DNA of 64,000 nucleotides from Caldisphaera sp. (lineage in GTDB: Archaea; Thermoproteota; Thermoprotei_A; Sulfolobales; Acidilobaceae): NCBI RefSeq assembly GCF_023256325.1, contig NZ_JAGDXI010000006.1, positions 47,091-111,090 on the forward strand, given 5' to 3'. Positions 40,688-49,666 of this stretch are shown here, piece by piece (within the stretch, counting starts at the first letter, position 1; each line of letters opens with the position of its first letter). Position numbers and translations under genes: made by a program. The notes under the pieces are model-generated. The model ran no database searches. It was not told where the DNA came from and saw only the letters and a program-made list of their open reading frames with translations.

Positions 40688-40699
40688 TGCTATCCCCGC

Positions 40700-41389
40700 T
40701 TAAGAAACAACTATTGGTATAACCTTTATCCCGAAAGCTGGGTCTATATCAAATGTTATATTGCTTTGCGCTCCAGATTGAAGCCCCTTTAATTTTATTA
40801 TATTCATAACTTTAAGTCTTCTTCCTGCAATGCTAGCCTCCGTTAGTTTTATATAACCATCAGCAGAGTTTTTCATCATTAAGTCTACTTCTTGTTGAAA
40901 TGAATTTGGATGAAAAGTTACTACAACGCTTTTACCTTCATCGGAAATTCTTCTAAAAGTTTCTATAGCTAATCTCACATAATCTGCAGATGCCTCAGCC
41001 AGGTAAGAAAGACTATCAATTATTATAGCTTCTGTCTTAATGATGTCTTTTATTAATATGTTCGCTAATTGCTTAAGCAAAATATTAGCAAAATTTTCAT
41101 TTAGTGACAAACCTACACTCATATTATATATGTATAAGTTTCCTTTCGCAAAATAGTCTAAAAAATCAAAACCAGACTGCGCTGCTTTAGTTATAAAACT
41201 ATAGCTATCCCCTTCACTTGTAAAATAGGTAACCCTAAAACCAGATCTTAAATATGCCTGCGTTAACAATAACGCTATTCCAGTTTTTCCACTTCCATGA
41301 GAACCTTCTATAACTATAAAACTTGGATGTGGAATTCCGCCAGCTAGTCTTTGATCAATTTCTTCGTTACCTGTGCTGAGTATCTGCAC
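40700..41389 (-). CDS. arlH: Archaellum RecA/KaiC-like ATP-binding protein ArlH (FlaH)
   Basis: 229 aa. Walker A IEGSHGSGKTG, Walker B-like AIIIDSLS. Position between arlF and arlI. Confidence 0.8.
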   Translation of the reverse strand: MQILSTGNEEIDQRLAGGIPHPSFIVIEGSHGSGKTGIALLLTQAYLRSGFRVTYFTSEGDSYSFITKAAQSGFDFLDYFAKGNLYIYNMSVGLSLNENFANILLKQLANILIKDIIKTEAIIIDSLSYLAEASADYVRLAIETFRRISDEGKSVVVTFHPNSFQQEVDLMMKNSADGYIKLTEASIAGRRLKVMNIIKLKGLQSGAQSNITFDIDPAFGIKVIPIVVS

Positions 41390-41400
41390 ACTTTTTTCAC

Positions 41401-41892
41401 CTAGTATGTATAGGTTGCTTCAATACCTTTTAGGGGTGATACCACTATTACTAATGGATAGCTTCTATTAGCCTGATTAGGTAAGTTTATCTTTATCTCT
41501 AAAGTTTCTCCAGGTAAAATACCATTATAGTAAATATATGGAGAACTATATGAATTTACAAAAATTTCTATTGGAAACCAAGAAACATTATATTGAAGAA
41601 GTGTTACAACCTGAGTTTTATCAGTTGAATTATATTCAACTATTATGTCAAATTGATTTATATCGTAAATCAAATTGCTTCCTATATTTGTTATATTAAC
41701 TAATAGGGTTTGATTATTGCTTTCAAGAATAGCTCCAGTAATTTTAATCTCATCTTGAACATTAATATTTAGATTTGATGTTGAAATTTTGTATCCCGTT
41801 AAAATAAGAGAGGCTAATGATCCAAGAACTACAACTAATGCAACCGCAGCAATTACCATACCAACGGCAATTTCTATTCCCAAAAATATCAC
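41401..41892 (-). CDS. arlF: Archaellum stator/S-layer-binding protein ArlF (FlaF)
   Basis: 163 aa. N-terminal TM helix plus beta-sandwich-like domain. Assigned by operon order B-X-G-F-H-I-J. Confidence 0.6.
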   Translation of the reverse strand: MIFLGIEIAVGMVIAAVALVVVLGSLASLILTGYKISTSNLNINVQDEIKITGAILESNNQTLLVNITNIGSNLIYDINQFDIIVEYNSTDKTQVVTLLQYNVSWFPIEIFVNSYSSPYIYYNGILPGETLEIKINLPNQANRSYPLVIVVSPLKGIEATYTY

Positions 41893-42387
41893 CTATGGTG
41901 TTGATTGTACAACATTGCTAAATGTTTGCCCATTTGGTAAAGATATAGAAACTTGAATAGTTTTGCCATAGTTTGCACCTGTATAAACATAGATAATTGC
42001 AGTAGATCCGGGCGTCATATCATTATTATTTCCACCAATTATTTTGTAAATATTCCAATATCCTAAACCACCACTAGGATTATAAGTATAAAAACCCATA
42101 GTAGAGTTTACTGATCCCAAATATATTTGTGTCCTAGAAAAAGATGCTTGAGTTAACGTTTCCATTCCATTGTCTCTCACATATATGACGTATCCATTGA
42201 TAGTTTGATTATAATATCCATATACAATACTTAACGATGTTGATAGTTGTTGGCTTATAGCTTCAGCATTTTGTGAATATGAAGACATAATTTGATATGT
42301 TTTTACTATTACTACTGAGCTTACAGCGCTAACTAATATTATAGTAACTAATAAAAATATTGTGTGGCTAATTGGCACATCGCTCAT
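41893..42387 (-). CDS. arlG: Archaellum protein ArlG (FlaG)
   Basis: 164 aa. N-terminal TM helix (ISHTIFLLVTIILVSAVSSVVIV) plus beta-rich domain. Assigned by operon order. Confidence 0.6.
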   Translation of the reverse strand: MSDVPISHTIFLLVTIILVSAVSSVVIVKTYQIMSSYSQNAEAISQQLSTSLSIVYGYYNQTINGYVIYVRDNGMETLTQASFSRTQIYLGSVNSTMGFYTYNPSGGLGYWNIYKIIGGNNNDMTPGSTAIIYVYTGANYGKTIQVSISLPNGQTFSNVVQSTP

Positions 42388-43181
42388 TATCTAACCTCTT
42401 CTTGTCTTTTTAATTTATTAATTACAATTTTGCTAAGAGAATCCTTAACAAGCTCATTATTCTCTCCGCTTAATTCATTAAGCATTAAAGCAACTAATGC
42501 TAGTGATTCATTTGGAGTTAAACCCTTATCTCCAGCCATTATCATTACATTTAAAAGTTTCTTAGTAGCATCTGCTTCTTGTTGTGTTAAGTAACCTAAA
42601 GATTTCATTGCATCTATGGCTTGCTCAAAAAACTCTTTAGGAAGCATATATAAATCTGAAACCAAGGAAAGAAGTTTAAAAACGTTCGTAGTTTCGACTT
42701 TTTCTCTTCTCTCTTCTTCTCTTTTTATTATTTCTTTTCTAATAATTTCTTCTGGCTGTTTTTCTGTCTGTATCTTTTTAATTGACTCCTTTAATTCAAT
42801 TTCTTCATTTGGGGATTGTAAGTTTTTAGATGTTTGCTGCATAGTCTCACTATTTGCTACTTGTTGCGATCTTGATTGATTATTACTTTGTGGTTGAATA
42901 TTACTTTGTTGGGCTTGTGATTGTAAACTTACTCTGAGCAAAGGATTAGTTAGATCATTTATTATAGCTCTTAATTGGGAGGTAGCATCTCTTAACGCTT
43001 CAGCTATTTCCTTAACAGAATCATCTTGTTTTTTCTCAATAGGAGGTGTTTGAGGAGGTTGACTCAATTGCTCACACCTCCCAATAATTTTATGTTTATT
43101 TGATAGCTTATATAATATAAATCCTGATAATATTTTTTTGTTAATCTTAGCCAGGTCTTTTTCCTGAAAGGGATTGAACAA
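42387..43181 (-). CDS. arlX: Crenarchaeal archaellum scaffold protein ArlX (FlaX), soluble body; N-terminal anchor apparently in a separate frame
   Basis: 264 aa. Q/S-rich and charged coiled-coil-like middle, helical C-terminal domain. Position upstream of arlG. TTG start, no TM helix in this frame. Confidence 0.6.
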   Translation of the reverse strand: MFNPFQEKDLAKINKKILSGFILYKLSNKHKIIGRCEQLSQPPQTPPIEKKQDDSVKEIAEALRDATSQLRAIINDLTNPLLRVSLQSQAQQSNIQPQSNNQSRSQQVANSETMQQTSKNLQSPNEEIELKESIKKIQTEKQPEEIIRKEIIKREEERREKVETTNVFKLLSLVSDLYMLPKEFFEQAIDAMKSLGYLTQQEADATKKLLNVMIMAGDKGLTPNESLALVALMLNELSGENNELVKDSLSKIVINKLKRQEEVR

Positions 43182-43420
43182 CCTCCCTTAATTCTATATC
43201 CAATAATTGCTGGTATAGGAATGTTTATTGATGATAATACAATTAGAGCCAATCCCAAAATAAAATATAACATGCTATATGGTTTCATCAATATAAATAG
43301 TATTCCTAAAATTTCTATTAAAAGAAACATAGATGTTAACAGATAAGACTCGATCTTTATTTTTCTGGCCGTTTTATTGTTCCCGCTTACATATAAATAA
43401 GTTTTTGGCAATACAATCAC
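43064..43420 (-). CDS. Small 2-TM ORF, possibly the frameshifted N-terminal membrane anchor of ArlX
   Basis: 118 aa. TM helices YLLTSMFLLIEILGILFILM and MLYFILGLALIVLSSINIPIPAIIGY. The last 39 codons overlap arlX in the +1-offset frame. An A7 run lies at 43133-43139. Confidence 0.35.
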   Translation of the reverse strand: MIVLPKTYLYVSGNNKTARKIKIESYLLTSMFLLIEILGILFILMKPYSMLYFILGLALIVLSSINIPIPAIIGYRIKGGCSIPFRKKTWLRLTKKYYQDLYYISYQINIKLLGGVSN

Positions 43421-43590
43421 CTTAATTATATTTGTATTTAATTGAACTTTTATTTAATTTCATATAGTTTCCCCTGAGCTATATATCATTTTGATTACAA
43501 AAATACAAATAAATTTTCCTTTTTGTGGGCTCTTTTATTTATGAGTATACCTTAACCCCTGTAATACCTAGGTAGAGTAAAAATAAAAAT

Positions 43591-44052
43591 GTGATTTATA
43601 TGAGAAGACCGAAATTGCCCAAAATAAAGGTACCGGAAGAAAATGGGAAAAGTGCTATAATAATGTTAATTGCAATATTCGTGTTAGTTATTATTATTGT
43701 AATTAATGTTCCAAAAATTATGTATATTATAGGTACAACGCAATTTCAGCTTACTAACGAAAGTATAAGCGTAGTGCAATGTTTCTCATTTCAGAACCAA
43801 AATGGTCTCATAACAATCGTGGCATATGTGCAAAATATAGGAAAATCAAATGCCGTAATTACATCAGCTTATCTCTATGATCAAAATGGGCTAGAAGATG
43901 CTAGCAATACCAGCTTATCAGTAAAGATTCCTCCAGGAAAAGCGTTACCAATATATATACAAACATTTGCCTTAACGCCTGGCAATCTATATAAGGTTTC
44001 TGTATATACTGAAGTTGGTACTTATTCTTCATGTGAACTAACATACCAGTAA
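43591..44052 (+). CDS. Membrane-anchored beta-sandwich protein, pilin/ArlF/ArlG-like, unknown function
   Basis: 153 aa. Charged N-terminus then a single hydrophobic helix (GKSAIIMLIAIFVLVIIIVI) and a beta-rich domain with ITIVAYVQNIGKSNAVITSAYLY. Opposite strand to the arl operon. Confidence 0.5.
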   Translation: MIYMRRPKLPKIKVPEENGKSAIIMLIAIFVLVIIIVINVPKIMYIIGTTQFQLTNESISVVQCFSFQNQNGLITIVAYVQNIGKSNAVITSAYLYDQNGLEDASNTSLSVKIPPGKALPIYIQTFALTPGNLYKVSVYTEVGTYSSCELTYQ

Positions 44053-44094
44053 ATTTTAAAAATAAAAATAGTGAAATATAATAAAACCATTTTA

Positions 44095-44127
44095 ATATAA
44101 AAATAATATAAAAATAATATAAAAATA
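44095..44127. repeat. Perfect 3x tandem repeat of the 11-mer ATATAAAAATA
   Basis: Read directly: atataaaaata x3, in the convergent 3' spacer between 43591..44052 and arlB. Probably low-complexity terminator-region DNA. Confidence 0.6.
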
Positions 44128-44138
44128 AAATATGAAGT

Positions 44139-44771
44139 TTATCCTAAATCTATTGTGGTGTTTTCTGGTGTGTCAGGAGGTATAATTCTTGATACTGTTA
44201 ATGCTCCACCTACACTTGGTTTTATTGTTACTGTAAAGCTATTATATGCAGTTAAGGATTTACCGTTAGGTAAGCTTATTACTAATAGAGCTTGTCCATA
44301 GGGTCCTAAAACTGTTGGAGTTACGTTACCTGTTAAGAAATAGGCTTTTGCTATAGGACCATTTGAACTATTATTATGTAAGCTATACAAGCTAGTTGAT
44401 GCTGAAATTGATTTTTTGCTAACACCGATATATATATTTGGATATGACCCATATTGATCAGAAAATGATACTACAAAAGTAGCTGTATCAAATGAAACGT
44501 AACCTGTACCCGGTGTCACACCTAAAGGTATAGCCAATTCGTCAACCCCAGTTCCTGTTGAATTTGTTAGTCCTAGTATTTCTCCATTGACTTCTAATGC
44601 TGTGGAAGCTTGTTGTAATCCGTTAACCATTGTCTGCTTTGCCTTTGTTGCTGATGTCATACCCATATCTAATACAACAAATGCAACCGCAGCAGCCACC
44701 AATACAAAGGCAATTAGAATTATAGCAGTATCAATACCAACCATACCTTTCTTTTTTCTATTTAAAACCAT
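44139..44771 (-). CDS. arlB: Archaellin ArlB (FlaB)
   Basis: Class III signal peptide and conserved N-terminus MVLNRKKKG|MVGIDTAIILIAFVLVAAAV. N-glycosylation sequons. I prefer ATG 44771 over the ORF-track GTG at 44780. Confidence 0.85.
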   Translation of the reverse strand: MVLNRKKKGMVGIDTAIILIAFVLVAAAVAFVVLDMGMTSATKAKQTMVNGLQQASTALEVNGEILGLTNSTGTGVDELAIPLGVTPGTGYVSFDTATFVVSFSDQYGSYPNIYIGVSKKSISASTSLYSLHNNSSNGPIAKAYFLTGNVTPTVLGPYGQALLVISLPNGKSLTAYNSFTVTIKPSVGGALTVSRIIPPDTPENTTIDLG

Positions 44772-44791
44772 ATAGGCCACCTTGCCTATTT

Positions 44792-44803
44792 ATCTTTATA
44801 TAC
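44792..44803 (-). promoter_or_regulatory. TATA-like box of the arlB promoter
   Basis: The minus strand reads GTATATAAAGATA about 25-30 nt upstream of the arlB start. Spacing is typical for a leaderless or short-leader crenarchaeal mRNA. Confidence 0.35.
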
Positions 44804-45057
44804 TTAACATTAATAACGATTTAGTTCATATCAAATAACTAAAATAAAGATGTATACCTGAATTAAGTATTACAACTAAATTAATATGGTATTATTAATA
44901 GATTTAATTTTTAGTTTTACTCAAGTTAAAGCTTTATTTCTATACAATTATTTAATTTCTAAAATTAATTAATTACTCTTCACGAACAAAAAGAATGATT
45001 ACTTTAATTATATTAGAAATTATAATGCTTTAGATAAGTACAATTTAAAAAACTGAT

Positions 45058-46077
45058 TTATATTTTGCTTATTATTTTTTCAATTAAGTCATAAAATTTA
45101 AGCCCATTACCTGTAAGCATTGCTACATATTTGTTTATATCATAATTCAATTCGTTAAGTTTAATTAGTGCTATATAAGATACAGCTGATGTAGGCTCTA
45201 CCATATAACCTAAATTCCATAGTTTTTTTAAACCAAGTTTAATTTCCTCATCGTCTATAACTAATAGCCCACCATTACTTTCTTTAATGACGCTTAATGC
45301 ATCATAAACCCTTGGTGCTTTTTTTAATGCGAGTCCATCAGCTAACTTCGATTCTTTTCCTTTAGATTCATATATAGGTTCGATAAATTCCCTTAAAGAA
45401 GCTGTTTCTTTTCCTTGAACTGCAAACATTTTAGCATTTATTCCGATTTCTTTTAATCCATAATATGTTCCTAAAAATAATGAAAAACTGGAAGTTGGAA
45501 CTACAATACCTCTGGGATTAATATGTTTAATTTCTTCAGCAATACTTTTCATACCTTCAATGAAGAAAGGATTTCTAGCATGAGATACATAAAAACATTC
45601 CTTTGATAATTCTTCAGCAATATTTGAGGCTTCGTCTCTTGTTTCTGATTCTATAACTTCAGCTCCCAAAGATCTTAGAATTGATTTTTTTCCAGGAGGT
45701 GCATATTTTGGTATAACTATTTTGCTTTTAATTCCTAGCCTTGATGAAAAAGCTGCTGTAGATATACCAGTATTTCCGCTTGAGTCTTCTACAGAGCACT
45801 TGTATTTTAATTGAGAAGCAAGTTGTAAGCTATATGATACCCCTCTATCCTTAAAGCTACCAGTAGGATTTAGATACTCAAGCTTAAAATAAACATCATT
45901 TTTATTAATACTTTCCTTAACAATAGGTGTATTTCCTTCTCCAAGTATTGATCTAAATTTTGGTGGTATACCTTTTATATAAAGTGATGATTTACAAACA
46001 GGGCAGTAAGGATAATATTTATTTTCTTCTCCTTCAAACCCACATTTTTTACAAAATAAACTCCACATTTTCTCCAC
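45058..46077 (-). CDS. PLP-dependent threonine synthase-family enzyme with N-terminal zinc ribbon
   Basis: 339 aa. CKKCGF...CPVCKS ribbon. PLP Lys motif NPTGSFKDRG, SSGNTG. Confidence 0.7.
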   Translation of the reverse strand: MEKMWSLFCKKCGFEGEENKYYPYCPVCKSSLYIKGIPPKFRSILGEGNTPIVKESINKNDVYFKLEYLNPTGSFKDRGVSYSLQLASQLKYKCSVEDSSGNTGISTAAFSSRLGIKSKIVIPKYAPPGKKSILRSLGAEVIESETRDEASNIAEELSKECFYVSHARNPFFIEGMKSIAEEIKHINPRGIVVPTSSFSLFLGTYYGLKEIGINAKMFAVQGKETASLREFIEPIYESKGKESKLADGLALKKAPRVYDALSVIKESNGGLLVIDDEEIKLGLKKLWNLGYMVEPTSAVSYIALIKLNELNYDINKYVAMLTGNGLKFYDLIEKIISKI

Positions 46078-46147
46078 AATTAATATTGAAAAATAAACAC
46101 TTAAAATTTTTACTTTATAAAAAGATAGTATGTAAGATGGTGAAAGT

Positions 46148-47305
46148 ATGGTTAAATATTACACAGATGAAATTTTGCTAACTCCAGGTCCCACTCAAGT
46201 TCCTTTAGATATCTATCAAAGTATGATTACCAAGGCTAAAAATACCGATTTAGATGAAGAATTCATAGTTTTCTACAATAACTTAAGAAACAAACTAAAG
46301 AATTTAATAAATATGAAAAAGGGTGATGTTTATATAATGTTAGGTGAAGCAATGATAGGTTTGGAAACAGCTATATCAAATACAATAAACCAAGGAGACA
46401 AGGTTTTAATTATAGATAATGGTGTTTACGGCGATGGATTCAAAGATTTAGTTAAAATGTACAAAGGTATTCCATTAACGATGGGTTTAGATTGGAGAAA
46501 AAGTGCTGACCCGAATGAGATAGATAGAGCATTAGAAAAAAATAAAGACATCGATACTGTTACCTTAGTGCATTGCGATACACCATCAGGTATTTTGAAC
46601 GATTTAAATCAAATATCTAAAGTTGTTAAATCTCATGGAGCATTACTTATCGTTGATGCTGTATCTAGTTTAGCAACATCAGAAATAAAATTTGATAATA
46701 TAGATATTATGATTGGTGGGTCTCAAAAGGCATTAAATGTACCTGCTGGGTTAACAATAGTTGCATTAAGTGATTATGCATGGGAAAAGATTAAAAAGGT
46801 AAACTACCAAGGGTACTATATGAATTTAACTTTATGGAAGGAAATGTTTGATTACAAAGATACGTTTCCTTACACTATGAATGATACTTTGATTTATGCT
46901 TTAGATACTTCATTGAATAATTTATTTAAAGAAGGTTTAGAAAACGTTTACGAAAGGCATAAGTTAGCAAAAAAAGCATCCTTAAAAGCATTAGAATCTC
47001 TGAACCTAGAATTATATCCCGAAAATGAATATTATTCTTCACCAAGTGTTACAGCTTTTTTATTACCTAAAGGCATTAATGATAAAGATTTAAGAGAATT
47101 AACAAGGAAGAAATATGGTGTTATGATAGCAGGTAGTTGGGGTAAGCTTGAAGGGAAAGTTGCAAGAATTGGACATATGGGATATCAAGCATCTCTAAAT
47201 AACTTATTGATAGCTTACTCGGCTTTATCAAGATCTCTAAATGATTTAGGATATAAAAATTCAATAACTGATGTACTAGGGGCTATAGAAGAATCCTATC
47301 CCTAA
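46148..47305 (+). CDS. Class V aminotransferase (serine-pyruvate/alanine-glyoxylate-like)
   Basis: 385 aa. LLTPGPT N-terminus, HCDTPSG, DAVSS, PLP Lys in GGSQKAL. Confidence 0.8.
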   Translation: MVKYYTDEILLTPGPTQVPLDIYQSMITKAKNTDLDEEFIVFYNNLRNKLKNLINMKKGDVYIMLGEAMIGLETAISNTINQGDKVLIIDNGVYGDGFKDLVKMYKGIPLTMGLDWRKSADPNEIDRALEKNKDIDTVTLVHCDTPSGILNDLNQISKVVKSHGALLIVDAVSSLATSEIKFDNIDIMIGGSQKALNVPAGLTIVALSDYAWEKIKKVNYQGYYMNLTLWKEMFDYKDTFPYTMNDTLIYALDTSLNNLFKEGLENVYERHKLAKKASLKALESLNLELYPENEYYSSPSVTAFLLPKGINDKDLRELTRKKYGVMIAGSWGKLEGKVARIGHMGYQASLNNLLIAYSALSRSLNDLGYKNSITDVLGAIEESYP

Positions 47306-47369
47306 ATTTTATTGAACGTTCAGCAGAGCTAATATTATTAATTCAATTCAATTTATTTGGTGAAAATTT

Positions 47370-48584
47370 GTGAATGAAATAAACAGAATTGATTATGGAC
47401 CTTTAAATAAGTATCAATGGCTAATAATAATTTCCTCATCTTTCAGTATGTTAATTTATGGTCTAGTTTTAGCTTTACCTTCAATTTCAACTACGTGGAG
47501 CTTTGTACCTCAAAATTATTACGTATACATATTTCTTTCAATTCCAATAGGGACAATTATAGGAAACATGGTTATAGGTAGGCTAGCGGATACTAAAGGA
47601 AGAAAAAATATGTTTATATTAACATTATTATTGTATGGATTAGGTTCTTTAATAGTTTTAGTATCAAATAATTTTTTGGTTTTGATTTTAGGCTTGCTTA
47701 TTTCTCAAATAGGTCTTGGAGGAGAAATGCCTACGCTTTTAACTTATCTATCAGAAATGATTCCAATAAAATATAGAGAAATTGTATTAATATTTACAAC
47801 TAACATTGCAAATGTAGGTGTGTTAATAGGCGGTATCATTTCATTAAAGGCAGGTCTTCTTTCAATAGAACAAGAAAGATTTTATTATTTGATATCTTTA
47901 ATAGCATCAATATCATTAATGCTAGTATTTAGGTTAATGATACCCGAGTCATTGAGATGGGAGATTAAGAAGAAAAAAGAAATTGGAAAAAGGGTTAAAA
48001 TTGAACAGCTATGGTTTAAAATTTACTTTTTAACTTCTTTGATAATTGCAACAGCATTAACTTATGCTTTATTAGCATTAACTATAGGTCCTTACTTATT
48101 TCCTAAATTGACTTCAATTTTATTAGTTATTTATAATTTAGGGGAAAGTATTGGTGGTTTCATTTCATTAGGCATTATTAAAAGAATTGGCACGAAATTT
48201 TTTGCTGTTTTTTCTTATATGGGAGGTTTCATAATTATGATATTTGTCGTTATTGATTATATTTTTGCAAAAAATGTATTACAATTATTTTTGGCCCTGT
48301 TATTTATAAATGGATTATTTGGAGAATTTGCATGGGCTGCAAGAGTCTCATTAGAACCAGTTATATTTCCAACAAACTTTAGATCAACGGGAATAGCTAT
48401 TTCAAGACTTTTGCCATATATTTTATACGCGGCCTCTATTTTTTATGCAGCTTCTTTTGATGTAATGCAATATTTAATATATAATATCATATTATGGGGA
48501 ATTGGCGGCTTAGCATCTATATTATGGTATGTTTATGGGGTTGAAACAATTAATAAAAAACTTGAGGACATCAATAATGAATAA
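47370..48584 (+). CDS. MFS transporter (paralog of 1284..2462)
   Basis: 404 aa, 12 TM helices, ADTKGRKNM loop, PESLRWE. GTG start. Confidence 0.7.
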   Translation: MNEINRIDYGPLNKYQWLIIISSSFSMLIYGLVLALPSISTTWSFVPQNYYVYIFLSIPIGTIIGNMVIGRLADTKGRKNMFILTLLLYGLGSLIVLVSNNFLVLILGLLISQIGLGGEMPTLLTYLSEMIPIKYREIVLIFTTNIANVGVLIGGIISLKAGLLSIEQERFYYLISLIASISLMLVFRLMIPESLRWEIKKKKEIGKRVKIEQLWFKIYFLTSLIIATALTYALLALTIGPYLFPKLTSILLVIYNLGESIGGFISLGIIKRIGTKFFAVFSYMGGFIIMIFVVIDYIFAKNVLQLFLALLFINGLFGEFAWAARVSLEPVIFPTNFRSTGIAISRLLPYILYAASIFYAASFDVMQYLIYNIILWGIGGLASILWYVYGVETINKKLEDINNE

Positions 48585-48593
48585 TTTTAAATC

Positions 48594-49625
48594 TTATTGA
48601 ATTAAAATATTAAAGAGATCATCATATATTTTCTTTGCAGTATTTATATCATCGATTCCTTCTACCATGCCTAAGCCATTATTCATGAGAACCATTTGAA
48701 TAGTATCTTTTTGTACTCTTAAACTATATTTGTTTATAGATATTACATTAAATTTTTCTTTAATTTTATTAATTTTTTTACTAAAATCAAAATTAACAAA
48801 TTTTTCTGGCCTTATTTCTACAGCATGCGTCCCGCAAATCTTTACTACACCTCTTAACGTTTTTTTCTCTAAAAATTCATAGTGATGTAAACCGCATGTA
48901 GTACACTTCTCATTTTTAGTTATTTTTATCTTTTCTATGCTCACATCTCTTCCATCTATTACAAATAAAACACCATAGGGCACTTCATTACCTGCTAAGT
49001 ATCTTATAGCTAAATTAGAAGATATGGAAGAAACTAATGAAGTCATAGTTCCAATAGAAGGTATAATATCGCAACTCTCATTTTGATTGCTAATTTCAGG
49101 TATAAGGCATCTAAGGCAAGGCCCTTGATTCGGTTTTATGAACATAACATTACCATACCACGAATTAACGCCTGCGTAAATCCAGGGTATGTTGTGTTTA
49201 ACTGAAACATCATTAATTAAAAATCTAGCCTCTAAGTTATCTGTTCCATCAAGAATTAAATCGACATCTTCTAAAAACTTTTCGGCGTTTAAAGAATCAA
49301 ATTCATCTATAGCACTTTCTACTTTGATACTTTGATCTATTTCTTTAATCCACTTTTCACAGGCAATAGCCTTAGGCAATGATTCCAAAGCATCTTTTTC
49401 TGTAATCATATGAGTCCTATGTAAATTACTTAAATCTATATAATCTCTATCTATAATTTTGATTTTTTTAATTCCTGCCCTTGCTAAAATTTCTGCCTGG
49501 GTTGAACCCAAGGCACCACAGCCTACAATAGCTATTTTGGAATTCATAATTTTTTCCATACCTTCATATCCTATATCTTGCATTAATAATTGTCTAGAGA
49601 ACCTTGCTAAATCATTTTTATTCAA
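48594..49625 (-). CDS. ThiF/MoeB/HesA-family E1-like adenylyltransferase
   Basis: 343 aa. Rossmann IAIVGCGALGS, zinc motifs CLRC and CTTC, plus a ~90-aa C-terminal extension. Confidence 0.75.
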   Translation of the reverse strand: MNKNDLARFSRQLLMQDIGYEGMEKIMNSKIAIVGCGALGSTQAEILARAGIKKIKIIDRDYIDLSNLHRTHMITEKDALESLPKAIACEKWIKEIDQSIKVESAIDEFDSLNAEKFLEDVDLILDGTDNLEARFLINDVSVKHNIPWIYAGVNSWYGNVMFIKPNQGPCLRCLIPEISNQNESCDIIPSIGTMTSLVSSISSNLAIRYLAGNEVPYGVLFVIDGRDVSIEKIKITKNEKCTTCGLHHYEFLEKKTLRGVVKICGTHAVEIRPEKFVNFDFSKKINKIKEKFNVISINKYSLRVQKDTIQMVLMNNGLGMVEGIDDINTAKKIYDDLFNILIQ

Positions 49626-49666
49626 TTATTACCACCAAGATCATATTATACATAAAACCTAAATTT

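Noticed and set aside
44095-44127. Perfect 3x tandem ATATAAAAATA repeat as a possible regulatory array.
   Set aside because: It is pure A/T low-complexity sequence in a convergent 3' spacer. Most likely it is slippage-generated terminator-region DNA. It is listed as a repeat feature but not considered functional.
44772-44780. GTG start for arlB (MAYMVLN...), with GGTGG as a Shine-Dalgarno site for the downstream ATG.
   Set aside because: The TATA-like box is only about 25-30 nt upstream, so the transcript probably starts at or near the ATG at 44771. Archaellin N-termini normally begin a few residues before the KKKG cleavage motif. The choice of start remains uncertain, but this does not affect the call.
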